The notes under the pieces were generated by a model that was not told the origin of the DNA, did no database searches, and saw only the letters and a list, made by a program, of their open reading frames with translations. The translations under genes and the position numbers were made by a program. Source: an uncultured Desulfatitalea sp. (GTDB taxonomy: Bacteria; Desulfobacterota; Desulfobacteria; Desulfobacterales; Desulfosarcinaceae). Taken from it: 64,000 bases of DNA. Positions 9,437 through 20,294 of the stretch are shown piece by piece (position 1 is the first letter of the stretch; every line of letters starts with the position of its first letter). The stretch spans positions 1,696,001 to 1,760,000 of the forward strand of contig CAXXMB010000002.1 of NCBI GenBank assembly GCA_963668675.2, given 5' to 3'.

Positions 9437-10456
9437 ATGGCCCTCTACCAACTCGACGACATCATCCACCGCTACAAGGACCAGCCGGTCCTCTCCATCG
9501 AGGCGTGGACCATCAACGAAGGGATGATCACTGGGCTGTGCGGCCCCAACGGCAGCGGCAAAAGCACCTTGCTCAAACTGCTGGGCCTCATCGAGCGGCC
9601 GAGCCGGGGAGAAATCCGCTTCAACGGACATAAAGCCGACCCCTTTGCCCAGGGAATGCGCGACCGCGTGACCCTGCTGCCCCAGGACTCCTACCTGCTC
9701 AAACGCAGCGTTTATAACAACGTGGCCTACGGCCTGCACATCCGCAGAGTGAAACGCAACGTCGCCGAGCGCGTTCAAGAAGCGCTGAACCTGGTCGGCC
9801 TGGCGCCGGAGCGCTTCGCCCAGCGCCCCTGGTACGCCCTCTCAGGTGGGGAAGCACGCCGTGTGGCCCTGGCGTCCAGGCTCGTGCTGCGGCCCAAGGC
9901 CCTGCTGCTTGACGAACCCACCACCAGCGTGGATGCGGCCAGTGCTCTTTTGATGAAAGAGGCGGCCCTGCACGCCCACCGGGAGTGGGGCGCCAGTCTC
10001 ATCATCTCCAGCCACGACGTGCAGTGGCTGCAGGACATCTCCCACGACATCATCTATCTCTTCAACGGACGCATCCTGGGAAAAGGTCAACGAACGCTTA
10101 TCTTCGGACCATGGCTGCGCCTGAGTGAAGACCGCGTCGGCAAACGGTTGGCCGACGGCCAGGTATTCGTCGCAGACAATCCCTCCTTCGACGGCGGCGC
10201 CGTTGCCGCCATTGACCCTGCTCGCCTGAAGCTTCACCTGACCGATCGGGAGATACGCGAAGGAAGAAATTCACTAAAAGGCATGCTCACGAGCCTCGGC
10301 CTGGAAAAAATCTCCGGAGCGATCGGTCTCTCCGTGGCCGTAGGCGAAATCGAGTTTACAGCTTACCTCTCCCCAGACACCCTCTCCACAGGAGATTTTC
10401 GCCCCGGCATGGAGATCTGGATCTCATACCGCCCGGAAGAGGTGAAATGGTATTAG
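9437..10456 (+). CDS. tupC: Tungstate ABC transporter ATP-binding protein
   Basis: Walker A GPNGSGKST, signature LSGGE, Walker B LLLDEPT. Confidence 0.92.
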   Translation: MALYQLDDIIHRYKDQPVLSIEAWTINEGMITGLCGPNGSGKSTLLKLLGLIERPSRGEIRFNGHKADPFAQGMRDRVTLLPQDSYLLKRSVYNNVAYGLHIRRVKRNVAERVQEALNLVGLAPERFAQRPWYALSGGEARRVALASRLVLRPKALLLDEPTTSVDAASALLMKEAALHAHREWGASLIISSHDVQWLQDISHDIIYLFNGRILGKGQRTLIFGPWLRLSEDRVGKRLADGQVFVADNPSFDGGAVAAIDPARLKLHLTDREIREGRNSLKGMLTSLGLEKISGAIGLSVAVGEIEFTAYLSPDTLSTGDFRPGMEIWISYRPEEVKWY

Positions 10457-10480
10457 GGGGCCCATGGGGAACCGTAAAAT

Positions 10481-10640
10481 TTTGACCTTTTCTAATAATA
10501 GCGAAGGGGCCAAGGCTGCCCTCGGCTCACTTCGGAGTGCGAAAGCATCAAGAGCAGCCTTGACCCTGTAGCCCGCCATCGGTCGGGGCCGCCGCCCGCT
10601 GCCATCCATCTTCGCCATCCGTGCTCTTCCAAGGTTAAAG
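10481..10640. repeat. Nested inverted-repeat intergenic element
   Basis: gggccaaggctgccct / agagcagccttgaccc stem enclosing TTCG and GAAA loops; outer pairs gcgaag/cttcgc and tttgacctt/aaggttaaa. Confidence 0.5.
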
Positions 10641-10740
10641 TAAGTCTGGCCAAAGCCGATATTGAATTCAACAGAGCAGGTTGACGATACAGGTAGAAAA
10701 CGTGAAATAAGACGCTATTTTTACTGCGGATAACACTTCT

Positions 10741-11499
10741 ATGGCCCCGACAAAGAGAAAACCGCTGACCCTTTGTGTCACCAGCGGTAAAGGCGGTGTG
10801 GGCAAAACCAGCTTCACCGTGAATTTCGGCATCGCCCTGGCCCTCAACGGCAGTCGGGTGTTGATTGTCGATGGTGATATGGGGTTGGCCAACGTGGATG
10901 TAATGCTGAGGTTGTCGGTGAAACAAAACATCCAGGACATCCTTGAAAGCGGCGCCGATCCCAAGCAGGCACTCATTTTCGCCCGCCCCAACCTGGCCGT
11001 GCTGCCGGGCAGTTCGGGCGTGCCGGAGATGGTCGCCCTGGGTGACCACCAGCAATCGCGGCTGTCGGCCTTTATCACCGAGGTGGCCGAGGATTTCGAC
11101 TATGTGATCATCGATACGGCGGCCGGCATCGGGCCATCGGTGCTCTGGTACAATCGCTTTTGTGATCGTAACATCTTTATTCTTACGCCGGATCCGACCT
11201 CCATGACCGATGCCTATGCCCTGATCAAATTGCTCTCCAGGGATCACGGCATCGTCCGTTTCAACCTGGTGATCAACCTTGTACAGGATGCGCGCGAAGG
11301 CAAGCATATCGTTGATACACTCAAACGGGTGACGCAGCGTTTTCTCAGCCTGGAACTGGCCCACCTGGGAAGCGTCCCGAATGATACGTCGGTCAAACGC
11401 GCGGTTCTCAATCAGGCTCCCTTTATCGAACAGGAGCCTGGCGTCAAGGCGTCCCGGGCGATCCGCGAACTGGCCCAGCGGGTCGAAACATTGATTTGA
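10741..11499 (+). CDS. MinD/FlhG-family ATPase
   Basis: Deviant Walker A SGKGGVGKT, DGDMGLANVD, IIDTAAGI, PDPTSMTDAYALIK. Confidence 0.9.
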   Translation: MAPTKRKPLTLCVTSGKGGVGKTSFTVNFGIALALNGSRVLIVDGDMGLANVDVMLRLSVKQNIQDILESGADPKQALIFARPNLAVLPGSSGVPEMVALGDHQQSRLSAFITEVAEDFDYVIIDTAAGIGPSVLWYNRFCDRNIFILTPDPTSMTDAYALIKLLSRDHGIVRFNLVINLVQDAREGKHIVDTLKRVTQRFLSLELAHLGSVPNDTSVKRAVLNQAPFIEQEPGVKASRAIRELAQRVETLI

Positions 11500-12431
11500 T
11501 GGGCGTTTACGCTACCATCCATAAGCGCTTTGGCGCTGGCCTGATCCTATATTGCTGGGCCGCCGACGCAGTGTTCGCCGCGAGCCCGGCGACGGCTGCC
11601 GAGCGCGGATCTGTGGTCCAGGTTCACAGCCATTGGCTGGTGGCGTTGGTTGTGGCGGTAATGGCCGCCGTTCTCATCGTCTATCAGATACAAAAACAGA
11701 AGATTGAACGCAAAACGGTCGAATTGCGACGTGAGTTGTTCGAACGCCAGGTGGCGGAAAAAGAGCTGCTGGCCTCTGACCAGAAACTGCGTCAGTCCCT
11801 GGCGGAAAAGGAGGCGCTGCTCAAGGAGATCCACCATCGCGTGAAAAACAATCTGCAGATCGTTTCCAGTCTGTTGTATCTACAGGAAGAGAGCATGCAG
11901 GATCCCAAAGGGTTGGAAGTATTGCGCGAAAGTCAAAACCGGGTAAAATCCATGGCGCTGATCCATGAACAGCTTTACGGCACAGACAATCTGGCAAAAA
12001 TCGATTTCGGGCGCTACCTGCAAAGCCTGACAGCCAACCTGTTCAGTGCCTACGGCGTCGATCCGGCCTGTCTGCGGCTCACTATCGATGCCGACGAAAT
12101 CTCCATCGGGGTCGAAATTGCCGTGCCCTGCGGGCTGATCGTCAATGAGCTGGTTTCCAACGCCATCAAGCATGCGTTTCCACAGGGCACTGGTGGAACC
12201 ATCGAGATTATTATTCGAATGCTTAACACCGGTCAGATGGAGATCGTGGTGGACGATGACGGCGTCGGCCTGGCGGCCAAGCCTGCCGGTTCGGATTCAC
12301 CCTCATTGGGTTTGCGTCTGGTCGATATGCTGACCACACAGCTGGATGGACGATCAAGTGTTGAAACCGACAGGGGGACCCGGTTCAGAATGATCATCAC
12401 TATCCCTGAAGCACAGAAAAAGGAGCGGTGA
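11499..12431 (+). CDS. Membrane histidine kinase (HisKA_2/HWE-type)
   Basis: KEIHHRVKNNLQ H-box, NELVSNAIKHAF N-box, DDDGVG, SLGL. Confidence 0.92.
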   Translation: MGVYATIHKRFGAGLILYCWAADAVFAASPATAAERGSVVQVHSHWLVALVVAVMAAVLIVYQIQKQKIERKTVELRRELFERQVAEKELLASDQKLRQSLAEKEALLKEIHHRVKNNLQIVSSLLYLQEESMQDPKGLEVLRESQNRVKSMALIHEQLYGTDNLAKIDFGRYLQSLTANLFSAYGVDPACLRLTIDADEISIGVEIAVPCGLIVNELVSNAIKHAFPQGTGGTIEIIIRMLNTGQMEIVVDDDGVGLAAKPAGSDSPSLGLRLVDMLTTQLDGRSSVETDRGTRFRMIITIPEAQKKER

Positions 12432-12432
12432 C

Positions 12433-13101
12433 ATGACAGAGGTGACCATACTGGTGGTGGAGGACGAAGGCATTGTCGCCCAGGAGATCAAAAGCCGTCT
12501 GGAAAAAGCCGGTTATTCGGTATGCGGCGTGGCCCACGACGGCGAACGGGCGGTGGCCGAAGCCGAACGTTCGACGCCGGATCTGGTGTTGATGGACATT
12601 CGCCTCAAAGGAGATATGGACGGTATCGAGGCGGCCGGCCTGATCCGGGAGCGGTACAGTATCCCGGTGGTCTTTCTGACCGCTTATACCGATACGGCAA
12701 CGCTTGAGCGCGCCAAGGTCAAGGATCCTTTCGGATATGTCGTCAAGCCCTTTGACACCCGGAGCCTGATGGTGGCAATAGAGATCGCACTGCACCGTTA
12801 CCAGAGCGAATCCGAGCGTATCTACCGGGAAAAGCTCGAGGCGGTGATAGAGGCCGCCGGTGCCGTCTGCCACGAACTGAACCAACCCATGATGGCGATT
12901 TCCGGCAACGCGGAACTGCTCATGGGCATGCTCGATGCTAGTGACCCTCAATACGACAGGATTGCCAAAATCAAATCCGAGGTGGACCGCATGGGGGCCA
13001 TCACCCGGAAACTCATGGGCATCACCCTCTATGAAACCCGCCGATACCCAAGCGGAGAACGCATCGTGGACCTGGAAAAGTCTTCTACCACCATTGGGTG
13101 A
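12433..13101 (+). CDS. Response regulator receiver fused to HisKA (DHp) domain, no ATPase domain
   Basis: VVEDE, LMDIRL, FLTAY, VKPF; C-terminal CHELNQPM. Confidence 0.88.
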   Translation: MTEVTILVVEDEGIVAQEIKSRLEKAGYSVCGVAHDGERAVAEAERSTPDLVLMDIRLKGDMDGIEAAGLIRERYSIPVVFLTAYTDTATLERAKVKDPFGYVVKPFDTRSLMVAIEIALHRYQSESERIYREKLEAVIEAAGAVCHELNQPMMAISGNAELLMGMLDASDPQYDRIAKIKSEVDRMGAITRKLMGITLYETRRYPSGERIVDLEKSSTTIG

Positions 13102-13193
13102 CAGGAAGGCACCATCAGGATCTCCTTCTTATCCGCTTTGGGATCCGCGCCAGCAATCTACCCCAGTTGCTGAAGGGTCCCATAAAGGATCGT

Positions 13194-13994
13194 TCAGGCG
13201 CCGGATAAAAACGCTCCCACCAACTGAATGAATCGTCGGGGTGCTTCAGCAGGGATGGAGTGTCCGATTCCCGGAAGCTCCTTATGGCGGCCTCCGCAGA
13301 TGGCGGCCATCTCCTCTGCGCCTTCCTTGGTTACCAACGGATCATCCTCGCCAGTCAACAAGAGAAGCAGGAAAGGCAAGCTTTGAATCACTTTGCCCAG
13401 CGGGGGATATGTCTGCAGGGCGGTTAGATGGGCGCGCAGCGATTCGGTGTGGTTGCGCCGCACGATGGTTTTCACGATCCGGTCCAACTGCTTCTCGTTT
13501 TCACGCAAAAAGGTGCGGCCGAAGACGTGCGGCAGGGCCGCCCACACCATGGCGTCCAAGCTGTGGCGAAGAAGGATCTCGTGCCAGGAACGCACGATCA
13601 TCTTGGCGCGGAAGGTGGCGCGGGTAGAAAGGCTGCACAGCACCATGCGCGTTATCAGATTGGGATACTTGGCCGCCAGGGCCAGGGCGATACGGGCGCC
13701 GTGACTGATGCCGACGATGGCTGTCTGGTGAATGTTGAGTTCGGACAGGAGCTGGTTCAGATCGGAAGCGTGCAGGTCCAACGAAAGAGGCGAATCACCC
13801 AGGTCGCTGCCTCCCTGCCCCCGGGCATCATAGGTCAATAGACGGTAGCCGGCTGGCATTCCCTTGATGATCGGATTCCAGTTGACCGTGGTTTGCAGGG
13901 TTCCGTTGATGAAAGCAATGGTCGGCTTGCCTGGCCCCTCGCCGGCCAGTTCGTAGTAGAGATTGCAGTCATCGGTGGTTTTAAAGTAGGGCAT
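13194..13994 (-). CDS. Alpha/beta hydrolase (enol-lactonase-like)
   Basis: YDARGQGGS, nucleophile elbow GISHG, GEDD and GH triad candidates. Confidence 0.88.
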   Translation of the reverse strand: MPYFKTTDDCNLYYELAGEGPGKPTIAFINGTLQTTVNWNPIIKGMPAGYRLLTYDARGQGGSDLGDSPLSLDLHASDLNQLLSELNIHQTAIVGISHGARIALALAAKYPNLITRMVLCSLSTRATFRAKMIVRSWHEILLRHSLDAMVWAALPHVFGRTFLRENEKQLDRIVKTIVRRNHTESLRAHLTALQTYPPLGKVIQSLPFLLLLLTGEDDPLVTKEGAEEMAAICGGRHKELPGIGHSIPAEAPRRFIQLVGAFLSGA

Positions 13995-14006
13995 GGGTAA
14001 GCTCTA

Positions 14007-14041
14007 AAATTTCCCTGAAACCCCCATTGGGAAAGGGGGAC
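14007..14041. repeat. REP-like palindrome
   Basis: aaatttccctgaaacccccattgggaaagggggac, similar to the 14947-14982 copy. Confidence 0.6.
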
Positions 14042-14058
14042 GTCTGTTCTGATTGCCA

Positions 14059-14841
14059 TCAAAGCGTGGCGGCAATCAATGCTGCCCCGATGGCACCGTT
14101 TACCTGGGCATTTTCCGAAACGATCAAATCGGCGCCCAGTTTCTCTTCAAGGGCCTTCACGACGCCGATATTTTTGGCCACACCGCCGGTCATCATGGCC
14201 GGAGGGCGGAAGCCGATACGCTTGGCCATGGAGACCACCCGCGCGCCGATGGAGGCGTGGATGCCGGCGATGATGTTCTCGCGCTTCTCTCCTTTGGCAA
14301 TCAGGGAGATCACTTCCGATTCGGCGAAAACGGTGCAGAGGCTGCTGATGGGCGATGCTGTCTCTGCACTCAATGAGAGCTCCCCGAATGCGTCGAGGTC
14401 GACCTCCAGTGCACGCGCCATCACCTCGAGAAAACGCCCGGTCCCGGCGGCGCATTTGTCGTTCATGGTAAAATCCTTCACCTTGCCTCTATCGTCAAGC
14501 ACGATGGCCTTGCTGTCCTGGCCGCCGATGTCAATGATCGAGCGGACTTCGGGGTTGAGGAAATGGGCACCCGCCGCATGGCAGGTGATTTCGGTCACAG
14601 CCTTGCTGGCAAATTCGATGCTGTTGCGGCCGTAACCGGTGGCGACGATCTTCTCCACCTGTGCCGGATCGACACCCGCTTTGGCCAGCGCCTCTTCGTA
14701 AACCTGTCTGCCCGCTTTTTTGGCGTTGTACCCGGTCAGAATAACACAGGTGGCTACAATCTCACCATCCTCTAGGAGAGCCGCCTTGGCACTGATCGAG
14801 CCCACGTCGATACCTGCAGTGATCATAGTTTCGCTTTCCAT
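14059..14841 (-). CDS. 2-hydroxyacyl-CoA dehydratase activator (HgdC/HadI-type ASKHA ATPase)
   Basis: GIDVGS, ATGYGR, EITCH, IDIGGQDSK, MNDKCAAGTGRFLE, CTVFAESEVIS, TGGVAKN. Confidence 0.95.
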   Translation of the reverse strand: MESETMITAGIDVGSISAKAALLEDGEIVATCVILTGYNAKKAGRQVYEEALAKAGVDPAQVEKIVATGYGRNSIEFASKAVTEITCHAAGAHFLNPEVRSIIDIGGQDSKAIVLDDRGKVKDFTMNDKCAAGTGRFLEVMARALEVDLDAFGELSLSAETASPISSLCTVFAESEVISLIAKGEKRENIIAGIHASIGARVVSMAKRIGFRPPAMMTGGVAKNIGVVKALEEKLGADLIVSENAQVNGAIGAALIAATL

Positions 14842-14860
14842 TTATCTGTATAACCGACGA

Positions 14861-14982
14861 CTCCCCCTTTCTCAAAGGGGGGCCGGGGGGATTTGAATCT
14901 ACTGCATGGATATCAGACGCTCTTCGCAGTCCATATGAACCAGTAGAAATCCCCCTAAGTCCCCCGTTGGAAAAGGGGGACT
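14861..14982. repeat. Inverted pair of REP-like palindromes (REPIN-like doublet)
   Basis: ctccccctttctcaaaggggggccggggggattt (14861-14894) and its inverted relative aaatccccctaagtcccccgttggaaaagggggact (14947-14982). Confidence 0.7.
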
Positions 14983-15013
14983 TTATGGTCGCGCCGCTCG
15001 CTACCATATTGTT

Positions 15014-16249
15014 CTAAAGCATTTCGATAAACGCATCGATCCTGGTCTCGATCTGGCTCTCGGCAAAGCTGCGCTCGTCCACCATGTCGGCCTCGATCAT
15101 CAGCGTCGGTATGCCCATCTTCTCCTGGATGATGCGCTGGATGTCATACTGGCCGAACGAGTAAGGCTTGCAGCTGCGGTTGGAGTGGAACACCACGCCG
15201 TCGGCCTCGTACTTCTCTACCATGCGAACGATGTTGTCGGCCATGATGTCGGTGCCGCTGTTGAGAAAGATGCGCGCATAGCTCTCGCCCATGAAGCCGA
15301 GAAAATCACTGCGGTCCACGAACGGCATCCAGCTGGTCCAGCCCGAGGTGTAGGTGTCGGCCACCAGGCAGGCCGAGCGCTCGATGAATTTATTCGACAG
15401 CCAGCGCAACCGATACCAGATCGGCAGGTTGTCCCACACCAGGCGATACTTCTCTTCGGGCAGCATACCGATGCCCTGGGCCACACGCTCCTTCATCTCG
15501 GCCAGCAGCATTTCGTAGTAGTCCACAGCCGTCTGGGTACCGCGCAGGGTCACGATCATGGCCAGATGGAAGAAGGCATCGAAGCAGGTCATGGGGGCCG
15601 GCCGGTTCATGGTCGTATCGAGAATCTCCTGCCACAGCTCCTGGCCGCGGATCGACAGATCGCCCACCACCTTCATTCGGTCGTAGTCGAATTTTTTACC
15701 GCACACCTCCTCCAGAAAGCGGATATACTCTTCGCTCTGGCGCGTGACGTAGCGGCGCATCTCGTCGTTGAACTCGGTGTGCGTGATGGGCGTGTCGAGG
15801 ATGAAGAGGGGCACGTTGTAGCGACGGGCCTGCACCTCGTACCACTTGAGCACGGTGCCGCAGATGTTGTTGCAGCAAATCAGCATGTCCGGGTCGGGCA
15901 GTCCGCCAATGGGGCCGCCGTTGACCTCGGAGCTGGCGATGTCGGCCCGGGCGTATGAGCACAAATCGCGCGGGTATCCCATCTCTTCGGCCCGTTCGCA
16001 CAGGTCGACGCCCATCTTGCTGGCCCCGATCATGGCGCCGTAATTCTCCGGATAGATGGGAATCACATCCATCGCGTGCAGCGGCTCGACCGGACCGCCG
16101 CTGGTGATCCAGGCGATGGGCTTGCCGCGCTCCTCCCGGGGCGTCTTGGCCTCCATGTAATATTCAGCCATGATTTCACGCATGCGGTTGTCGCATTTTA
16201 TCTTGCGGCGCTCCTTGTCAGGATCGACTGTCTTCTCTTCGGATGGCAT
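15014..16249 (-). CDS. 2-hydroxyacyl-CoA dehydratase subunit alpha (HgdA/HadB-like)
   Basis: PIYPEN, DLCSYAR, CCNNIC, HSNRSCK, IEADMVD..TRIDAFIEML. Confidence 0.9.
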   Translation of the reverse strand: MPSEEKTVDPDKERRKIKCDNRMREIMAEYYMEAKTPREERGKPIAWITSGGPVEPLHAMDVIPIYPENYGAMIGASKMGVDLCERAEEMGYPRDLCSYARADIASSEVNGGPIGGLPDPDMLICCNNICGTVLKWYEVQARRYNVPLFILDTPITHTEFNDEMRRYVTRQSEEYIRFLEEVCGKKFDYDRMKVVGDLSIRGQELWQEILDTTMNRPAPMTCFDAFFHLAMIVTLRGTQTAVDYYEMLLAEMKERVAQGIGMLPEEKYRLVWDNLPIWYRLRWLSNKFIERSACLVADTYTSGWTSWMPFVDRSDFLGFMGESYARIFLNSGTDIMADNIVRMVEKYEADGVVFHSNRSCKPYSFGQYDIQRIIQEKMGIPTLMIEADMVDERSFAESQIETRIDAFIEML

Positions 16250-16304
16250 ATCAGCTCCAATAGAAGTCTAAGGTTTTGTGTCATTGTCTTTGATATCCAT
16301 TGCT

Positions 16305-16331
16305 CGGGCGGGGATAGACCCCGCCCCTACA
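16305..16331 (-). repeat. GTAG-type REP palindrome
   Basis: gggcgggg-ataga-ccccgccc-ctac (GTAG foot on minus strand); second copy at 35095-35121. Confidence 0.65.
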
Positions 16332-16406
16332 ACAGCGATCACCATATAACTGTCAGAACACCTTCGCTTTCCGACTTTCATATGCCTCCCGCCGCATGGC
16401 GGGAGG

Positions 16407-17525
16407 CTATATCATCTCCAGAAATGCTTCACACCTTGTCCTCAACTGCCCTTCGGAAGAGAGCTGGTCTTCGATTTCGAACATGATGCTCGGAATGCCT
16501 TCCTTGTCGAGCATCTCCTTCATGTAGGGGTAGTCGAAGCCGTGCGGATCGCAGAACTTCAGGAAGAGAAAGATCACCCCGTCGGCACGGTTCTCTTTGA
16601 CCTTTTCCAACAGGTGCTCGCCGCGATTGAAGATGCCGGCGTGTTTTGCCGGGCAGACCACCCGCTCCCGGTATCGGGCCGCCAAGGCCTGAATCGGCTC
16701 CCGGGTCTCATCGACCAACCCCTCGAAGTAGCGCGATCCGGTGCAGAAATCATCCCACACCACCTGGCCGCCCGCCTCTTCCACCACCCGGTAAATATCG
16801 GGCATGCTGCACAGACCACCGCTGAAGACGAGCCGCTTGCCGGGAGTACTTTTCTCCTGTTTCGCCGCATCCAGGTGATTGACCAGGGACTCGAGCGCTT
16901 CGGCCAGTTCGGCACGGTCCATCACCAGAGCCGCCTTGAAAACGGCGTGCAGATCACTGCTGCTGATCGCCTGAGGATGGTCCCGGCGAATATCATAAAG
17001 TTTGCCCAGATACTGCCGCACCCGATTGCAAATGCGGATGGCCTCGGCAATCTTCGCGTCAGAGAGCGTGACGCCCAACCCCCGTTCGAGATCCTTCCTG
17101 AAGCGCTGCAATACGGCCACCATGTATTCGGCCGCACTCTCGGTGTCGAGCTTGACCGGCAGGATAATATCGGCATGGAAGCCGATACCGGCGTTCATGC
17201 GCCAGATGTCCGAAAGGCGCTGGATCGAATCGCAGGTGTGCGGAAAAACCGTACCGTCGAGGAACTCGAGCCGCCCGGCCAACGCGTCCTCCAGCGCCCC
17301 GCGCACCAGGCTGCAGCAATAGGCCTGCAGGTAGCTGTCGGCCCGGGCGATGTCGGCGCCGCTGCCCAGAATCCGGTACGGCAGGGCACCAGCGGCCACG
17401 ATCAGCTCCTGGGGAGTGTATGAGCAGAAGTTGCCCACCACCTTGCCGCCGGTACGCTCTTTCCATTGCCGGGCGTAGTCGGCCGGGTGCCGGCTGGTTT
17501 GTCGAAACAGTTGGAGAGGATCCAT
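16407..17525 (-). CDS. 2-hydroxyacyl-CoA dehydratase subunit beta (HgdB/HadC-like)
   Basis: FCSYTPQELIVAAG, YCCS, PHTCD, DDFCTGSRYF, KFCDPH, QLRTRCEAF. Confidence 0.9.
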   Translation of the reverse strand: MDPLQLFRQTSRHPADYARQWKERTGGKVVGNFCSYTPQELIVAAGALPYRILGSGADIARADSYLQAYCCSLVRGALEDALAGRLEFLDGTVFPHTCDSIQRLSDIWRMNAGIGFHADIILPVKLDTESAAEYMVAVLQRFRKDLERGLGVTLSDAKIAEAIRICNRVRQYLGKLYDIRRDHPQAISSSDLHAVFKAALVMDRAELAEALESLVNHLDAAKQEKSTPGKRLVFSGGLCSMPDIYRVVEEAGGQVVWDDFCTGSRYFEGLVDETREPIQALAARYRERVVCPAKHAGIFNRGEHLLEKVKENRADGVIFLFLKFCDPHGFDYPYMKEMLDKEGIPSIMFEIEDQLSSEGQLRTRCEAFLEMI

Positions 17526-17615
17526 ATAAAAAACTCCTTCACGACAACATACTGTCGAAGTCTGGGTGCCGGATCGTGTCCGGCATCACGGATACAATGA
17601 TATCCTGGTTATCAA

Positions 17616-19337
<1,722 letters not shown>

Positions 19338-19380
19338 GCGACGACCTCCTTTGGATTTGGCCGGTGGTACCTGGCGGTTT

Positions 19381-19406
19381 AAAAACAAACCGATTGGTAT
19401 GTTTTT
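19381..19406. promoter_or_regulatory. Palindromic operator, probable TetR site, with upstream TTGACA (minus strand 19440-19435)
   Basis: AAAAACAAACCGA-TTGGTATGTTTTT, 11 of 13 positions symmetric, about 45 bp upstream of the ligase ATG. Confidence 0.65.
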
Positions 19407-19448
19407 TTGAAATCCTCACCGATCTCCCTGAGTTTGTCAACAGCCATT

Positions 19449-20111
19449 TCACTCGCACACGGGCGGCGGCTGGGGCGCTGCCTCTTCGAAAGCGCCTTCG
19501 CGCACGGCAACCAGCGGCGAGAGGATCTCGATCCACATCTCCCTCAGATCCCGATAATATTCGGGCTCATCGATGCTGACCGACTGAATGGCCATGCCCC
19601 GCATGGCGTAGAGGGTCAGGTTCATCAGCGCTTCGATCGGCACAGCGTCTACCTGTTTCGGCTGGAAATTGTCCCGCCAGAGCCGATCGAGGGCATCGAA
19701 AAAATCCCGAATGACCGGCTCGACATGGTCCTTTAGGTCACGATCGGTGCGGCAGGCCACATTGATTTCGAGCCAGATATCCCGGTAATCTCCCTGGTAG
19801 AAATTTTCCCAAACGAATTCGACCAGGGTTCTCAAAGGCGCATCACTGTCACTGAGCAGGGGGGCCAGTTCGCTCACCTTGTCGATGGGACCGGTCAGGA
19901 AGGACTCGGCCGCCGCCGCCACCAGATCGCGCTTGCTGCTGTAGTGGTGGCGCCATGCGCCCCGGGAGACGCCTGCCCGGTCAAGAATCTGGGAGATCGA
20001 GGTGCCGTGGTAGCCGCGCTGCTGGAGGCATGCGAGGGTCGCCGCGATCAATCGCCGCCGCATATCGCGACTCTTCTCTTCCTGTGTACGCTTGGTGGAC
20101 GTGCCGCTCAT
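19449..20111 (-). CDS. TetR/AcrR family transcriptional regulator
   Basis: N-terminal HTH RRLIAATLACLQQRGYHGTSISQILDRAGVSRGAWRHHYSSK; GAGGAG RBS. Confidence 0.92.
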   Translation of the reverse strand: MSGTSTKRTQEEKSRDMRRRLIAATLACLQQRGYHGTSISQILDRAGVSRGAWRHHYSSKRDLVAAAAESFLTGPIDKVSELAPLLSDSDAPLRTLVEFVWENFYQGDYRDIWLEINVACRTDRDLKDHVEPVIRDFFDALDRLWRDNFQPKQVDAVPIEALMNLTLYAMRGMAIQSVSIDEPEYYRDLREMWIEILSPLVAVREGAFEEAAPQPPPVCE

Positions 20112-20294
20112 ACCCATCTCCTCGAAATATTTCCCCGTCAACCTTCCGATTCATATCACAGGCGAACGACAGGAAGAAACCCCGGCGTGCGCAACCAACA
20201 CCCGGCCATTGCCCGGCTATTGAAAAATGACGCCGGTTTGCATACGTTGAGCCGAGCTTATACTGTTTCCAGTCATTGCAAAGGAGAGCGCATC

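Noticed and set aside
14059..17525. Class I benzoyl-CoA reductase
   Set aside because: Only one activator gene and no dienoyl-CoA hydratase or ring-cleavage genes nearby
19944..20294. N-terminal extension of the 697-aa TPP-enzyme ORF
   Set aside because: Overlaps tetR on the other strand; RBS and family similarity place the start at 20295
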